A DNA stretch of 64,000 bases, taken from NCBI GenBank assembly GCA_003220435.1, contig QHSL01000089.1, positions 2,106-66,105 of the forward strand, in the 5' to 3' direction. The stretch comes from Candidatus Rokuibacteriota bacterium (GTDB lineage Bacteria > Methylomirabilota > Methylomirabilia > Rokubacteriales > CSP1-6). The notes under the pieces are model-generated. The model was not told the origin of the DNA. It searched no databases and saw only the letters and a program-made list of their open reading frames with translations. Positions 52,251 through 61,477 of the stretch are shown here, piece by piece. Position numbers and translations under genes: made by a program. The number at the start of each line of letters is the position of its first letter. The stretch's first letter is position 1.

Positions 52251-53081
52251 TCAGCGTCCCAGCGCCAGAGTTGGCGCGCGCCGGTCGATCGTCACCCGCA
52301 GCGCGGTGGCGCCGGGCAGCAGGCGCGTGTACCGCCCCCGCAGGCTGTCGAAGGCACGCGGCCGCCAGAGTCCATGACGGTGCAGGCCGTAGCGGGCGAG
52401 GAGCATGAGGATGCGCAGCCCGTAGGCGGTCGACGCCGAGAAGCTCGCCGACGACGCCTCCGGGAAGTAACGCGTCGGCACCGCGATTTCCGCGATGCGG
52501 AAGCCGCCGGCGACGACCTGCGCGATGATCTGCTGGTCGAACACGAAGCCGTCCGAGTTCAGCGCGAAGTTGACGCTCTCCAGCACCTCCCGGCGAAACG
52601 CGCGGTAGCCGGTGTGGAACTCGGAGAGCGACAGACCGAACGCGCGATTTTCTGCGCCCGTGAGGAAGCGGTTCGAGATGTACTTCCACCAGGGCATCCC
52701 CTGGGCCAGCGCCGAGCCGCTCTTCAGCCGCGAGCCGAGCACTACGTCGGCCTCCCCACGGACGATCGGTTCGATGATTTGCGGAACCAGCCGCGGATCG
52801 TACTGGTAGTCCGGGTGGACCATGACCACGACGTCCGCCCCGGCCCGCAGCGCCTCCGCGTAGCAGGTCTTCTGATTCGCGCCGTAGCCGTAGTTCCGGT
52901 TGTGCACGAAGATCTCGAGGCCGAGCTGCCGGGCGACCTCGAGCGTGGCGTCGGTGGAGCCGTCGTCCACCAGGATCACGAGGTTGACCGTGTCCTTCGG
53001 CAGCTCCTCATAGGTCAGGCGGAGCGTCCGCCCCGCGTTGTAGGCGGGCATGACGACGACGATCTTCGGTGACGTCTGCAT
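52251..53081 (-). CDS. family-2 glycosyltransferase
   Basis: Start MQTSPKIVVVMPAYNAG. Also VDDGSTD and the DYQYDP (DxD-like) region. Confidence 0.85.
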   Translation of the reverse strand: MQTSPKIVVVMPAYNAGRTLRLTYEELPKDTVNLVILVDDGSTDATLEVARQLGLEIFVHNRNYGYGANQKTCYAEALRAGADVVVMVHPDYQYDPRLVPQIIEPIVRGEADVVLGSRLKSGSALAQGMPWWKYISNRFLTGAENRAFGLSLSEFHTGYRAFRREVLESVNFALNSDGFVFDQQIIAQVVAGGFRIAEIAVPTRYFPEASSASFSASTAYGLRILMLLARYGLHRHGLWRPRAFDSLRGRYTRLLPGATALRVTIDRRAPTLALGR

Positions 53082-53204
53082 GGTGGCCCGAGAGTGCAGC
53101 GTCGATGCCATCTCGTGAGCCGCCGAAATCTCGCGTACTTGGGCGCGCCACACTCGAAATCCGGATTTTTCGCGACAAAAAATCGTCTGCGCCCCTGACG
53201 AGAA

Positions 53205-53233
53205 TTGTCACCGCTGCGTAGGTAGCCGATAAT
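53205..53233 (+). promoter_or_regulatory. sigma-70-type promoter candidate TTGTCA-N17-GATAAT
   Basis: Hexamers at 53205-53210 and 53228-53233. The -10 ends 11 nt before the GTG at 53245. Confidence 0.45.
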
Positions 53234-53244
53234 GCATTCGCGGT

Positions 53245-54408
53245 GTGACGACGACGAAGATGCGAAACGATTTCTATCTAAGTGACGAGCAGCGCGCGAC
53301 GCGCGACCTCGCGCGGTCGATCGCGCGCGAGCGCATCGCGCCGCTCGCCGCACACGTCGACGAGACGGAGAGCTACCCCGCCGAGCAGCTCGGGTTGCTC
53401 GGCCAGCAGGGGCTGATGGGGCTCTACATCCCCGAGGCGTACGGCGGCACTGGCATGGGGACGCTCGCCTTCTGCCTCGCCGTCGAGGAGATCGCCTGGG
53501 CGTGCGCCTCCACCGCCGTCATCTATCTCGTCCAGTACGCGGGCGGATGGCCCATCGTGGCGGCCGGGAGCGAGGAGCAAAAGCGCCGGTATCTCCCGCG
53601 CCTTGCGTCGGGGGAGATCACTGCCGCATTTTCCCTCTCGGAGCCCGGCGCCGGCTCCGATGCGGCCTCGATCTCGACCAGGGCCGTGCGGCGTGGCGAC
53701 CGCTACATCCTGAACGGCGTCAAGCTCTGGGTGTCCAACGGCAGCCGGGCGTCGGTCATCACGCTCTTCGCCACGGTCGACCGCGGCCGCCGGAAGAAGG
53801 GCGTGACCGCCTTCCTGGTCGAGCCCACGTTTCCGGGATTCGCGCTGGGCAAGCTCGAGCGGAAGATGGGAATCCGCGGCTCGCCGACGGTGGCTCTCCA
53901 CCTGACCGACTGCGAGGTGCCGGTCGAGAACCGCCTGGGCGAGGAGGGCGAGGGCTACAAGATCGCGCTCCAGGTCCTCGACGGCTCGCGCCCGGCGGTG
54001 GGCGCCGAGGCGGTCGGCATCGCGCAGGCCGCGCTCGACGCCGCGGTGGCCTATGCGAAGGAGCGCCAGCAGTTCGGCCAGCCGATCGCCTCCTTCCAGG
54101 GACTGCAATTCATGCTGGCCGACATGGCGATGCAGGTCCACGGGGCGCGCCTCCTCGTCCATCACGCGGCCGCGCTCGTTGATCGCGGGGCGGCGTCGAC
54201 GGCCCTCGAAGCGTCCCTGGCGAAGTGCTTCGCCGCCGACGCAGCGATGAAGGTCACGACGGACGCGGTGCAGGTCTTCGGCGGGTACGGCTACACGCGG
54301 GAGTATCCGGTGGAGCGATTCATGCGCGACGCCAAGATCACCCAGATCTACGAGGGAACGAACCAGATCCAGCGCGTCGTCATCGCGCGCGAGCTGACCA
54401 CCCGATGA
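53245..54408 (+). CDS. acyl-CoA dehydrogenase
   Basis: Motifs SEPGAGSD, WVSNG, and a C-terminal YEGTNQIQ pattern. The start is either the GTG at 53245 (leaderless) or the ATG at 53260 (MRNDFYL). Confidence 0.9.
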   Translation: MTTTKMRNDFYLSDEQRATRDLARSIARERIAPLAAHVDETESYPAEQLGLLGQQGLMGLYIPEAYGGTGMGTLAFCLAVEEIAWACASTAVIYLVQYAGGWPIVAAGSEEQKRRYLPRLASGEITAAFSLSEPGAGSDAASISTRAVRRGDRYILNGVKLWVSNGSRASVITLFATVDRGRRKKGVTAFLVEPTFPGFALGKLERKMGIRGSPTVALHLTDCEVPVENRLGEEGEGYKIALQVLDGSRPAVGAEAVGIAQAALDAAVAYAKERQQFGQPIASFQGLQFMLADMAMQVHGARLLVHHAAALVDRGAASTALEASLAKCFAADAAMKVTTDAVQVFGGYGYTREYPVERFMRDAKITQIYEGTNQIQRVVIARELTTR

Positions 54409-54932
54409 GCACCGAACCGAGGGCGCTCGCCCCGAGCGAGGTCGCCCGGCTGCTGGAGAGCGCGGGTGCGATGATCCGCGCCGAATTCGCGGCCCTGACG
54501 GAGGGGGCGCTCGTCTGGCATCCGGCGCCCGGTGAATGGTGCGCCAAAGAGGTCCTCGGGCATCTCATCGAAACCGAGCGCCGCGGCTTCACGGGACGGA
54601 TCCGCATCATCCTCGCGGGGGACGACCCGGCCCTCGAGGGCTGGGATCAGGCCGAAGTCGCCAGAGCGCGCCGTGACTGTGAGCGTGTCGCCGCGACGCT
54701 GGTCGAGGAGTTCACGGCGATGCGCCGGGACAGCGCGGCGCTGGTCGCCAGCTTGCGCACCGACGACCTCAGGCGCGCCGGGCGGCATCCGAAGGTCGGT
54801 CCGCTCCGTGTCGCCGACTTGCTCCACGAATGGGTGCATCACGACCGGAACCACCTTCGTCAGATGCTGGCGAACCTCCAGGCCTTCGCCTGGCCCCACA
54901 TGGGCAACGCCCAGCGGTTCTCGACTCCGTAG
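54405..54932 (+). CDS. DinB-family protein
   Basis: Internal ATG overlapping the dehydrogenase TGA (ATGA). WCAKEVLGHLIETE ... HEWVHHDRNHLRQM pattern. Confidence 0.75.
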   Translation: MSTEPRALAPSEVARLLESAGAMIRAEFAALTEGALVWHPAPGEWCAKEVLGHLIETERRGFTGRIRIILAGDDPALEGWDQAEVARARRDCERVAATLVEEFTAMRRDSAALVASLRTDDLRRAGRHPKVGPLRVADLLHEWVHHDRNHLRQMLANLQAFAWPHMGNAQRFSTP

Positions 54933-54973
54933 TCGCCCGGACGGGAATCCTCCCTCGACCGCGGCGCGAAACG

Positions 54974-55011
54974 TTGACGGCGACCCACTTTGGGTGTTAC
55001 GTGTCTAGACA
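54974..55011 (+). promoter_or_regulatory. promoter candidate (TTGACG-N17-TTACGT) overlapped by a perfect GntR-type palindrome TGTCTAGACA
   Basis: TTGACG at 54974-54979, TTACGT at 54997-55002, palindrome at 55002-55011 (GT-N-TA-N-AC core). Lies immediately upstream of the GntR gene. Confidence 0.5.
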
Positions 55012-55033
55012 TCCTGACAGCAGGGGGCGCGGA

Positions 55034-55759
55034 GTGAACTATCGTCCAGGAATTCCCCGCTATCTCCAGATCGCCGAAAACATCCGCCACGAGCTCCGCG
55101 ACGAGGGCGAGCGCATCTCGTCGGAGCACGCGCTGTGCGCGCGCTTCAAGGTGAGCCGCCCGACCATCCGGCAGGCGCTCGACGTTCTCGTGCAGGAGGG
55201 GCGGCTCTACCGCCACGCGGGCCGCGGCACCTTCGCGACGCCGGTGCCGGGGGGCGATCGGAAGCTGCGCGTGATCGGCTCGGTTGGTGATCTGATGGCC
55301 CTCGGCGACGAGACGTGGTTCAAGCTCGTGTCGCGCGACGTCGTGCTGCTGCCGGCGAACATCGCCCAATCGCTGCGCCTGCCGCCGCGCTCCTCGGCCT
55401 ACTGCATCGTCGGCGTCCGCTACGCCGAGACCGGCCCCTTCCAGCACGTGACCGCGTATATGCCGTTGACGATCGGGACCGCGCTCTCCGACGAGGACCT
55501 CTCGAAGACCTCGATGATCGGCGCCATCGAGCGCGTGCTCGGCGTGCCGATCAAGCTCATGGAGCAGGTCGTGGACGCGGCGCTGGCCCCGCGCCAGGTC
55601 GCCGAGCTCCTCCAGATCCGGGGCCGCTCCCCGCTGCTCTGCTTCGAGCGCACCTACTACGCGGCGAGCGGGGAACCCGTCGAGCACGCCGTGTCCTGGC
55701 AGACCGGACGCCGCTATCCTTACAGGATGATCCTGTCGCGGGCCGAGCGCCGGACATGA
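55034..55759 (+). CDS. GntR-family transcriptional regulator with UTRA effector domain (HutC subfamily-like)
   Basis: wHTH region ISSEHALCARFKVSRPTIRQALDVLVQEGRLYRHAGRGTF. GTG start chosen downstream of the putative operator. Confidence 0.8.
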   Translation: MNYRPGIPRYLQIAENIRHELRDEGERISSEHALCARFKVSRPTIRQALDVLVQEGRLYRHAGRGTFATPVPGGDRKLRVIGSVGDLMALGDETWFKLVSRDVVLLPANIAQSLRLPPRSSAYCIVGVRYAETGPFQHVTAYMPLTIGTALSDEDLSKTSMIGAIERVLGVPIKLMEQVVDAALAPRQVAELLQIRGRSPLLCFERTYYAASGEPVEHAVSWQTGRRYPYRMILSRAERRT

Positions 55760-55827
55760 CAATGTCAGTGCGCACCGGTATCCGGCTGGCGTCGACCGCG
55801 CCGGCGTCAGAGCCCCCGCGACACTAG

Positions 55828-57897
55828 ATGCCCTACCGGGTCGGGTTCGACGTCGGCGGAACCTTCACCGACTTCGTTCTCCAGTCGCCGTCGGGCGACC
55901 TGCTCACGGCCAAGCGGCTCACGACCTATCCCGACCCGTCCGAGGCGTGCCTGGCCGGCCTCGACGCCCTGCTCACCCAGGGCGGGGTCGCCTGGAGCGA
56001 CGTGACCCAGGCGACCCACGGCACCACGCTTGGCTCCAACATCGTCATCGAGCGCAAGGCGCGGGGCGTCGGCCTTTTGACCACGCGAGGGTTTCGCGAC
56101 GTCCTGATCATTGGCCGCGAGAAGCGCTACCAGGTCTACGACCTCCAGATCGAGAAGCCGGCGCCGCTCATCCCGCGCCGGCTCATCGGTGAGGTGACCG
56201 AGCGGATCCTGGCCGACGGCACCGTACGGACGGAGCTCGACGAGGCCGACGCGCGTCGCGCGATCCGGGCGCTGGTCGCTCGCGGCGTGACCACACTCGC
56301 GATCTGCCTACTGCACGCCTACCTGAACCCCGCCCACGAGCGGCGCCTCGCCGCGATCGTGGCCGAGGAGGCGCCGGACGTCACGGTCACCCTCTCCCAC
56401 GAGGTCTCGCCGACGTTTCGTGAGTACGAGCGCACCTCGACGACGGTCGTGAACGCGTACGTGATGACCGCGATCCGCGACTATCTGCGCGCGATGGCGG
56501 GGGCCATGACGGGGCGCGGCTACCGCGGCCGGCTGTTCGTCATGCAATCGTCGGGCGGCATCGCGACCGCGGAGGCGATGCAACGCCATCCGGTCCGGAT
56601 GATCGAGTCGGGCCCGGCCGCCGGCGCCCTGATGGCCGCCGCCTATGGCGAGCTGACCGGGCACCGCGACCTCATCGCATTCGACATGGGCGGCACCACC
56701 GCGAAGCTCGCGTTGATCGAAGCCGGACGGCCCGCGACGACCACGGCCTTCGAGCTGCACCGTGTGAACAACGCGCCCGGCAGCGGGCTCCCGATGAACA
56801 TCCAGGCGATCGACCTCGTCGAGATCGGAGCGGGTGGGGGCTCGATCGCCCGGGCCCGGCTCGGTGTCGTCGCCGTCGGGCCCGAGAGCGCCTCGTCGGC
56901 GCCGGGTCCGGTCTGCTATGGCCGCGGCGGCCTCGAGCCCACCGTGACCGACGCCGACGTCGTCCTCGGCTACATCAACCCCGACTACTTCGCCGATGGC
57001 TCGATCACACTCCGTCCGGGTGCCGCAGCGCGCGCGATCGACGAGCGGATCGGGCGCCCGCTCGGTCTCTCGCTCGAAGACGCGGCGTGGGGCATCCATA
57101 CGATCGTCAACACCAACATGGAGCTGGCCACGCGCGTGGTGTCGATCGAGCGGGGCCGCGATCCCCGCGATCTCACGCTCGTCGCGTTCGGCGGCTCGGG
57201 TCCCGTCCACGGTTGCCGGTTGGCGCAGGCCCTGGGCATCCCGCGCGTGATTCTTCCGGCCGCCGCCGGTGTCACAGCGGCGATCGGTCTGCTCGCCGCC
57301 GAGGTCAAGTTCGACGTGGCGCGGACCTACGTGCAGCGCCTCGACGGCGCCGACCCGGCGGCCGTCGACACGATGTACGGAGAGATGGCGGCGCAGGCGA
57401 CCGCGGTTGTCCGCGAGTCGGCCGTCGCCGGCCAGGTGGCGCTCGTGCGCTCGGCCGACGCGCGCTACGTCGGCCAGGGCTATGAGCTCGCCGTGCCGGT
57501 GCCGAGCGGGCGCCTCGACGCGGACGCGCTTGTCCGCGTGCGGGCGAGCTTCGACGAGGTCTACGCCGCGCGGTACGGTTACGCCAGCCCGACCGAGCCG
57601 GTGGAGATCGTCACCTGGAAGCTGTCGGCCGTGGGCGGCTCGCCGCGGATCGCCCTGGCCAAGGCGGCGACACGCTCGGTGGGCGAGGGCCGCAAGGGAA
57701 CGCGTCGCGCGTACTTTCCGGAGGCCCGCGGCTACGTCGACACACCCGTGTACGACCGCTATGCCCTCGCGGCGGGGACGTTGCTCAGCGGTCCCGCGAT
57801 CGTGGAGGAGCGCGAGTCGACGACTGTGCTCCCGCCAGGCGTCACCGCGACGGTCGACGGGTACGCCAACCTGATCGCCGAGACGGCGCTCCGATGA
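55828..57897 (+). CDS. hyuA: hydantoinase/oxoprolinase family, A (beta) subunit
   Basis: Starts MPYRVGFDVGGTFTDFV. Also FDMGGTTAK and DLVEIGAGGGSIA. Confidence 0.9.
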   Translation: MPYRVGFDVGGTFTDFVLQSPSGDLLTAKRLTTYPDPSEACLAGLDALLTQGGVAWSDVTQATHGTTLGSNIVIERKARGVGLLTTRGFRDVLIIGREKRYQVYDLQIEKPAPLIPRRLIGEVTERILADGTVRTELDEADARRAIRALVARGVTTLAICLLHAYLNPAHERRLAAIVAEEAPDVTVTLSHEVSPTFREYERTSTTVVNAYVMTAIRDYLRAMAGAMTGRGYRGRLFVMQSSGGIATAEAMQRHPVRMIESGPAAGALMAAAYGELTGHRDLIAFDMGGTTAKLALIEAGRPATTTAFELHRVNNAPGSGLPMNIQAIDLVEIGAGGGSIARARLGVVAVGPESASSAPGPVCYGRGGLEPTVTDADVVLGYINPDYFADGSITLRPGAAARAIDERIGRPLGLSLEDAAWGIHTIVNTNMELATRVVSIERGRDPRDLTLVAFGGSGPVHGCRLAQALGIPRVILPAAAGVTAAIGLLAAEVKFDVARTYVQRLDGADPAAVDTMYGEMAAQATAVVRESAVAGQVALVRSADARYVGQGYELAVPVPSGRLDADALVRVRASFDEVYAARYGYASPTEPVEIVTWKLSAVGGSPRIALAKAATRSVGEGRKGTRRAYFPEARGYVDTPVYDRYALAAGTLLSGPAIVEERESTTVLPPGVTATVDGYANLIAETALR

Positions 57898-57977
57898 CCG
57901 GCCAGAGGCGCGGGAAGACCCTCGGCGTGACATTTCCGCCTTCGCTTCTGGCGCGCGCCGACGAGGTCGTTCAGTGA
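57894..57977 (+). CDS. 27-aa bridging micro-ORF between hyuA and hyuB (candidate)
   Basis: Translation is MTGQRRGKTLGVTFPPSLLARADEVVQ. Its ATG overlaps the hyuA TGA (ATGA) and its TGA overlaps the hyuB GTG (GTGA). The sequence resembles a ribbon-helix-helix N-terminal strand and helix. Confidence 0.3.
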   Translation: MTGQRRGKTLGVTFPPSLLARADEVVQ

Positions 57978-59830
57978 CGGGCGGACGGTCGCTCGATCCG
58001 ATCACTCTCGGCGTGGTCTGGGGGGCGCTGCAGTCGATCGCGGTCGAGATCGGAACGACCGTGCACCGGACCGCGTACTCCGAGCAGGCGCGCGAGGGCC
58101 AGGACTTCTCGGTCGCCGTCTTCGACCCGCGGGGACGCATGGTGGCGCAGGGGCCCTATTCACCCGGCCACATGGGCGCGATGTCGTTCGCGGTCAACAA
58201 CGCGCTCGCGGCCCATCCGGTCGAGTCTCTGCGACCCGGCGACGCCATTCTATTGAACGACCCGTTCCTCGGCTCCGGCCACCTTCCCGACTTCTTCGTC
58301 ACGCAGCCGGCATTCCACGAGGGCGCGCTGGTGGGCTTCGCGGTGAACATCCTCCACCACACCGACGTCGGCGGTCAGCGGCCCGGCAGCCAGGGCGTCG
58401 AGGGGATTTTCGATTATTTCCAGGAAGGGCTCCGCGTCCCGCCAACCAAAGTCTGGAAGGCGTACCAGGAGCAGGACGGGATCGTCGGGATCATCGCCGC
58501 GAATACCCGCACCCCCGACAAGGTCCTCGGCGATCTGCGGGCGCAGCGCAGCGCGCTCCGAGTGGGTGAGCTGAGACTCCAGGAGCTGGCGGCGCGCTAC
58601 GGGCGCGACGTTCTGCTGGCGGCGATGGACGAGATCATGGCGCGTACCGAGGCGAGCATGCGGAGGGCGATTCGCGAGATCCCCGACGGCGTCTACCGCT
58701 TCGAGGACTTCCTCGACGACTTCGGTCCGGGGACCGATCCGCTGCGGGTCGCGGTGGCAGTGACGGTGGCCGGCGACTCGATGATCGTCGACTACGCCGG
58801 CTCGAGCCCGCAGACCACGTCCGGGATGAACTCCTATATCAACTACACGCGCTCCTATTCGTACGCAGCGGTGAAGTGCCTCACCGACCCGCTGGGGCCG
58901 ATGAACGAGGGCGCGCTCCGGCCGGTCACGGTGACGGCGCCCGAGGGCTCGTTCCTCAACCCGCGTCCGCCCGCCGGCGGCGGGCCGCGCGCGATCATCT
59001 GCTACCGGACGTTCGAGTCCGTGCTGGGCGCGCTCGCCCCGGCGCTTCCCGACCGCGTGGCGGCCGCCGCCTCGCACATGGCGAACCCGACCTTCGGGGG
59101 ACGGGACCGGGCGCGGAAGCGACCATTCGTCGCCTACGAGCTCGTGCTCTCCGGCACCGGCGCCCGCGCGACCAAGGACGGCTGCGAGGCGATGGCGTGG
59201 GCGTTCAACGCGTCCAATATTCCGGTGGAGGCCCAGGAGGCCAACCAGCCCCTGATCGTCGAGCGCTTCGAGCTGATCGGCGATTCTGCGGGCGCCGGCC
59301 GATTCCGGGGGGGCTGCGGCGTTCGCCGCGACTTGCGCTTCCTCGCCGACGAGGGCAAGCTGACGAACCTGTCCGACCGGCAGAAGTTCGCGCCGTACGG
59401 GCTCGGCGGCGGCAAGCCCGGGAGGCTCGGCCGTACCGTGATCAACCCCGGGCCGGGCGAGCAGATCGTGCACGGCAAGCAATCGCGTGAGTTCGTCTAT
59501 GGCGACGTCATCTCGTTCCAGCAGTCGGGCGCCGGCGGATACGGTGATCCGCTCGCGCGGGATCCGCGGCGAGTCCTCGAGGACGTGCTGGACGATTACG
59601 TGTCGATCGAATCGGCCCGCCGCGAGTACGGCGTCATGATCACCGGCACCGCCCCCGACCTCACCGTCGACGAAAGCGCCACCACCGAGCTGCGCCGCGG
59701 GTTGTCCGCGGACCGGAGCCAGACCTCAACGGCAGATCAGGAGGGCGGGGTGTCCGCGGACCGGAGCCACGCCGCACCTATCTCAGGCCACCCTCGGTCT
59801 GAGCCGATCTCGAGGCCCCCGCTCCAATGA
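57974..59830 (+). CDS. hyuB: hydantoinase B/oxoprolinase family subunit, with an atypical ~50-aa low-complexity C-terminal tail
   Basis: LDPITLGVVWGALQSIAVEIG start, then GHLPD and a SGAGGYGDP pattern. The tail encodes LSADRSQ / VSADRSH from a DNA direct repeat. Confidence 0.9.
   Translation: MTGGRSLDPITLGVVWGALQSIAVEIGTTVHRTAYSEQAREGQDFSVAVFDPRGRMVAQGPYSPGHMGAMSFAVNNALAAHPVESLRPGDAILLNDPFLGSGHLPDFFVTQPAFHEGALVGFAVNILHHTDVGGQRPGSQGVEGIFDYFQEGLRVPPTKVWKAYQEQDGIVGIIAANTRTPDKVLGDLRAQRSALRVGELRLQELAARYGRDVLLAAMDEIMARTEASMRRAIREIPDGVYRFEDFLDDFGPGTDPLRVAVAVTVAGDSMIVDYAGSSPQTTSGMNSYINYTRSYSYAAVKCLTDPLGPMNEGALRPVTVTAPEGSFLNPRPPAGGGPRAIICYRTFESVLGALAPALPDRVAAAASHMANPTFGGRDRARKRPFVAYELVLSGTGARATKDGCEAMAWAFNASNIPVEAQEANQPLIVERFELIGDSAGAGRFRGGCGVRRDLRFLADEGKLTNLSDRQKFAPYGLGGGKPGRLGRTVINPGPGEQIVHGKQSREFVYGDVISFQQSGAGGYGDPLARDPRRVLEDVLDDYVSIESARREYGVMITGTAPDLTVDESATTELRRGLSADRSQTSTADQEGGVSADRSHAAPISGHPRSEPISRPPLQ
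59703..59769. repeat. two perfect 19-nt direct repeats (TGTCCGCGGACCGGAGCCA), each containing the 10-bp palindrome GTCCGCGGAC
   Basis: Copies at 59703-59721 and 59751-59769, inside the 3' tail of hyuB. Confidence 0.8.
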
Positions 59831-60987
59831 TCAGACTCACTGCCGAGCAGGAGAGCTTTCGCCGGGCCGTCGCGAAGTTCGTCGACGCCGAGGTCGTTCC
59901 CGCCGCGGAGGCGATCGACGAGCGCGCGGAGTTCCCGACCAGGCTCTTCCGGCGCCTCGGCGAGCTCGGCTACCTCGGGCTGCGCTACCCGGAAGCGTAC
60001 GGCGGCGCCGACGCCGACATGGTGACCTATTGCCTGTTCGCCGAGGAGCTCGCGCGGGGGTCGCTGTCGGTGGCCGCCGCCGCGGCGATGCAGTCGCTGA
60101 TGGGAACCTACTTCGTCTACAAGTACGGCTCCGAGGAGCTACGCCGGCGCTACCTGGTGCCGGCGCTCCGCGGCGATCTGGTCGCGACCTTCGCGCTGAC
60201 CGAGCCCAACGCCGGCTCGGACGTTGCGAGCATCGCGACGCGGGCGCAGCGCCGCGGGGATCGGTACGTGTTGCGCGGCACCAAGACGTGGGTCACCAGC
60301 GCTCCGGTCGCCGACGTGCTGACGGTCGCCGCGAAGACGTCGGAGGAGCGCGGCATGAGGAGCATCGCGCTCTTTCTTCTCGACCGCGCGACGATGCGCG
60401 GGATCACTCTCGGGAAAGCGATCGACAAGATGTCGGTCCGCGGCTCGGTGACCGGTGAGATCCTCCTGGAGGACGTCGAGGTTCCGGCCGAGCACCTGCT
60501 GGGCGGCGAGACCGGCGGCGTCGAGAAGATCGGCGGGATCCTCTCCGAGATCCGTGTGATGACCGCCGCGATCTCGGTGGGTCTCGCGCGCGCCGCGTAC
60601 GGAGCGGCGCTCGCGTACGCCCGCGAGCGCGTCGCCTTCGGCAAGCCGATCGCCGAGCACCAGGCGATCGGCTTCAAGCTCGCCGACATGCTCACGTCGC
60701 TGCACGCCGCGATCCTCATGACCTACCAGGCCGCGGCGCAGCTCGACGCCGGCAACGTCATCGCGCGCGAGGCCGCGATGACGAAGCTCTTCGCATCGGA
60801 GACGGCGGTGAGGATCACGGACGAGGCGGCCCGGATCTTCGCGTCCTACGGCCTCGCGATGGAATACCCGGTGCAGCGCTACTTCCGGGATGCGCGGTTC
60901 CTCCTGCCCGGGGGAGGCACCTCCGAGATCCTGCGCGTGATCATCGGTCGCGATCTCGACTGGGACCGGGGCCAGGCGTTCGCCTGA
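59827..60987 (+). CDS. acyl-CoA dehydrogenase
   Basis: TEPNAGSD, WVTSA, and a C-terminal GGTSEI pattern. ATGA overlap with hyuB. Confidence 0.9.
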   Translation: MIRLTAEQESFRRAVAKFVDAEVVPAAEAIDERAEFPTRLFRRLGELGYLGLRYPEAYGGADADMVTYCLFAEELARGSLSVAAAAAMQSLMGTYFVYKYGSEELRRRYLVPALRGDLVATFALTEPNAGSDVASIATRAQRRGDRYVLRGTKTWVTSAPVADVLTVAAKTSEERGMRSIALFLLDRATMRGITLGKAIDKMSVRGSVTGEILLEDVEVPAEHLLGGETGGVEKIGGILSEIRVMTAAISVGLARAAYGAALAYARERVAFGKPIAEHQAIGFKLADMLTSLHAAILMTYQAAAQLDAGNVIAREAAMTKLFASETAVRITDEAARIFASYGLAMEYPVQRYFRDARFLLPGGGTSEILRVIIGRDLDWDRGQAFA

Positions 60988-61024
60988 GGGCCGAACGGAC
61001 CATCCCCACCCGAGGGAGAGGAAC

Positions 61025-61477
61025 ATGCAATCACGCGGACGCTATTTCGAGGACTTCAAGGTGGGCGAGGTGCTCACGACGGGCCGCCGGACCGTGGAGG
61101 GCGGCGACGTCTCCCGCTTCGCCGGGCTGACCGGCGACTTCAACCCGCTCCACACCGACGAGGTGTTCGCCCGGGAAACGCCGTTCGGCGCGCGCGTCGC
61201 GCACGGCATCCTCACGCTGGCGGTCTCGAACGGCCAGCAGAACCTCTCGGGTTGGTTCGAGGGCACGGCGTTCGCGCTGCTCGGGCTCGACCGGGTGAAG
61301 TTCACCGCGCCGGTGAAGTTCGGCGACACGATTCACACCGAGATGACCGTGACGCAGGCGCGCGCGTCGTCCAAGCCCGACCGCGGGGTCGTCGCCTTCG
61401 ACGTGGCGGTGAAGAACCAGCGCGGCGAGGTGGTCTGCACCTATGCGACGAGCGTGCTCATGCGGAGGCGCGCGTGA
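61025..61477 (+). CDS. MaoC-like (R)-specific enoyl-CoA hydratase/dehydratase
   Basis: Hot-dog fold motif GDFNPLHTD...FGARVAHG. Confidence 0.85.
   Translation: MQSRGRYFEDFKVGEVLTTGRRTVEGGDVSRFAGLTGDFNPLHTDEVFARETPFGARVAHGILTLAVSNGQQNLSGWFEGTAFALLGLDRVKFTAPVKFGDTIHTEMTVTQARASSKPDRGVVAFDVAVKNQRGEVVCTYATSVLMRRRA

Noticed and set aside
53150-53204. A/T-run region (CGAAATCCGGATTTTTCGCGACAAAAAATCG) considered as a terminator or operator.
   Set aside because: The inverted repeat is imperfect with essentially no loop, and the sequence lies between divergent gene starts rather than after a gene. Only the adjacent TTGTCA-N17-GATAAT promoter was kept.
59703-59769. Possible CRISPR-like or tandem-repeat array.
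   Set aside because: There are only two copies, no further repeats in the window and no cas genes. Both copies lie inside an ORF.
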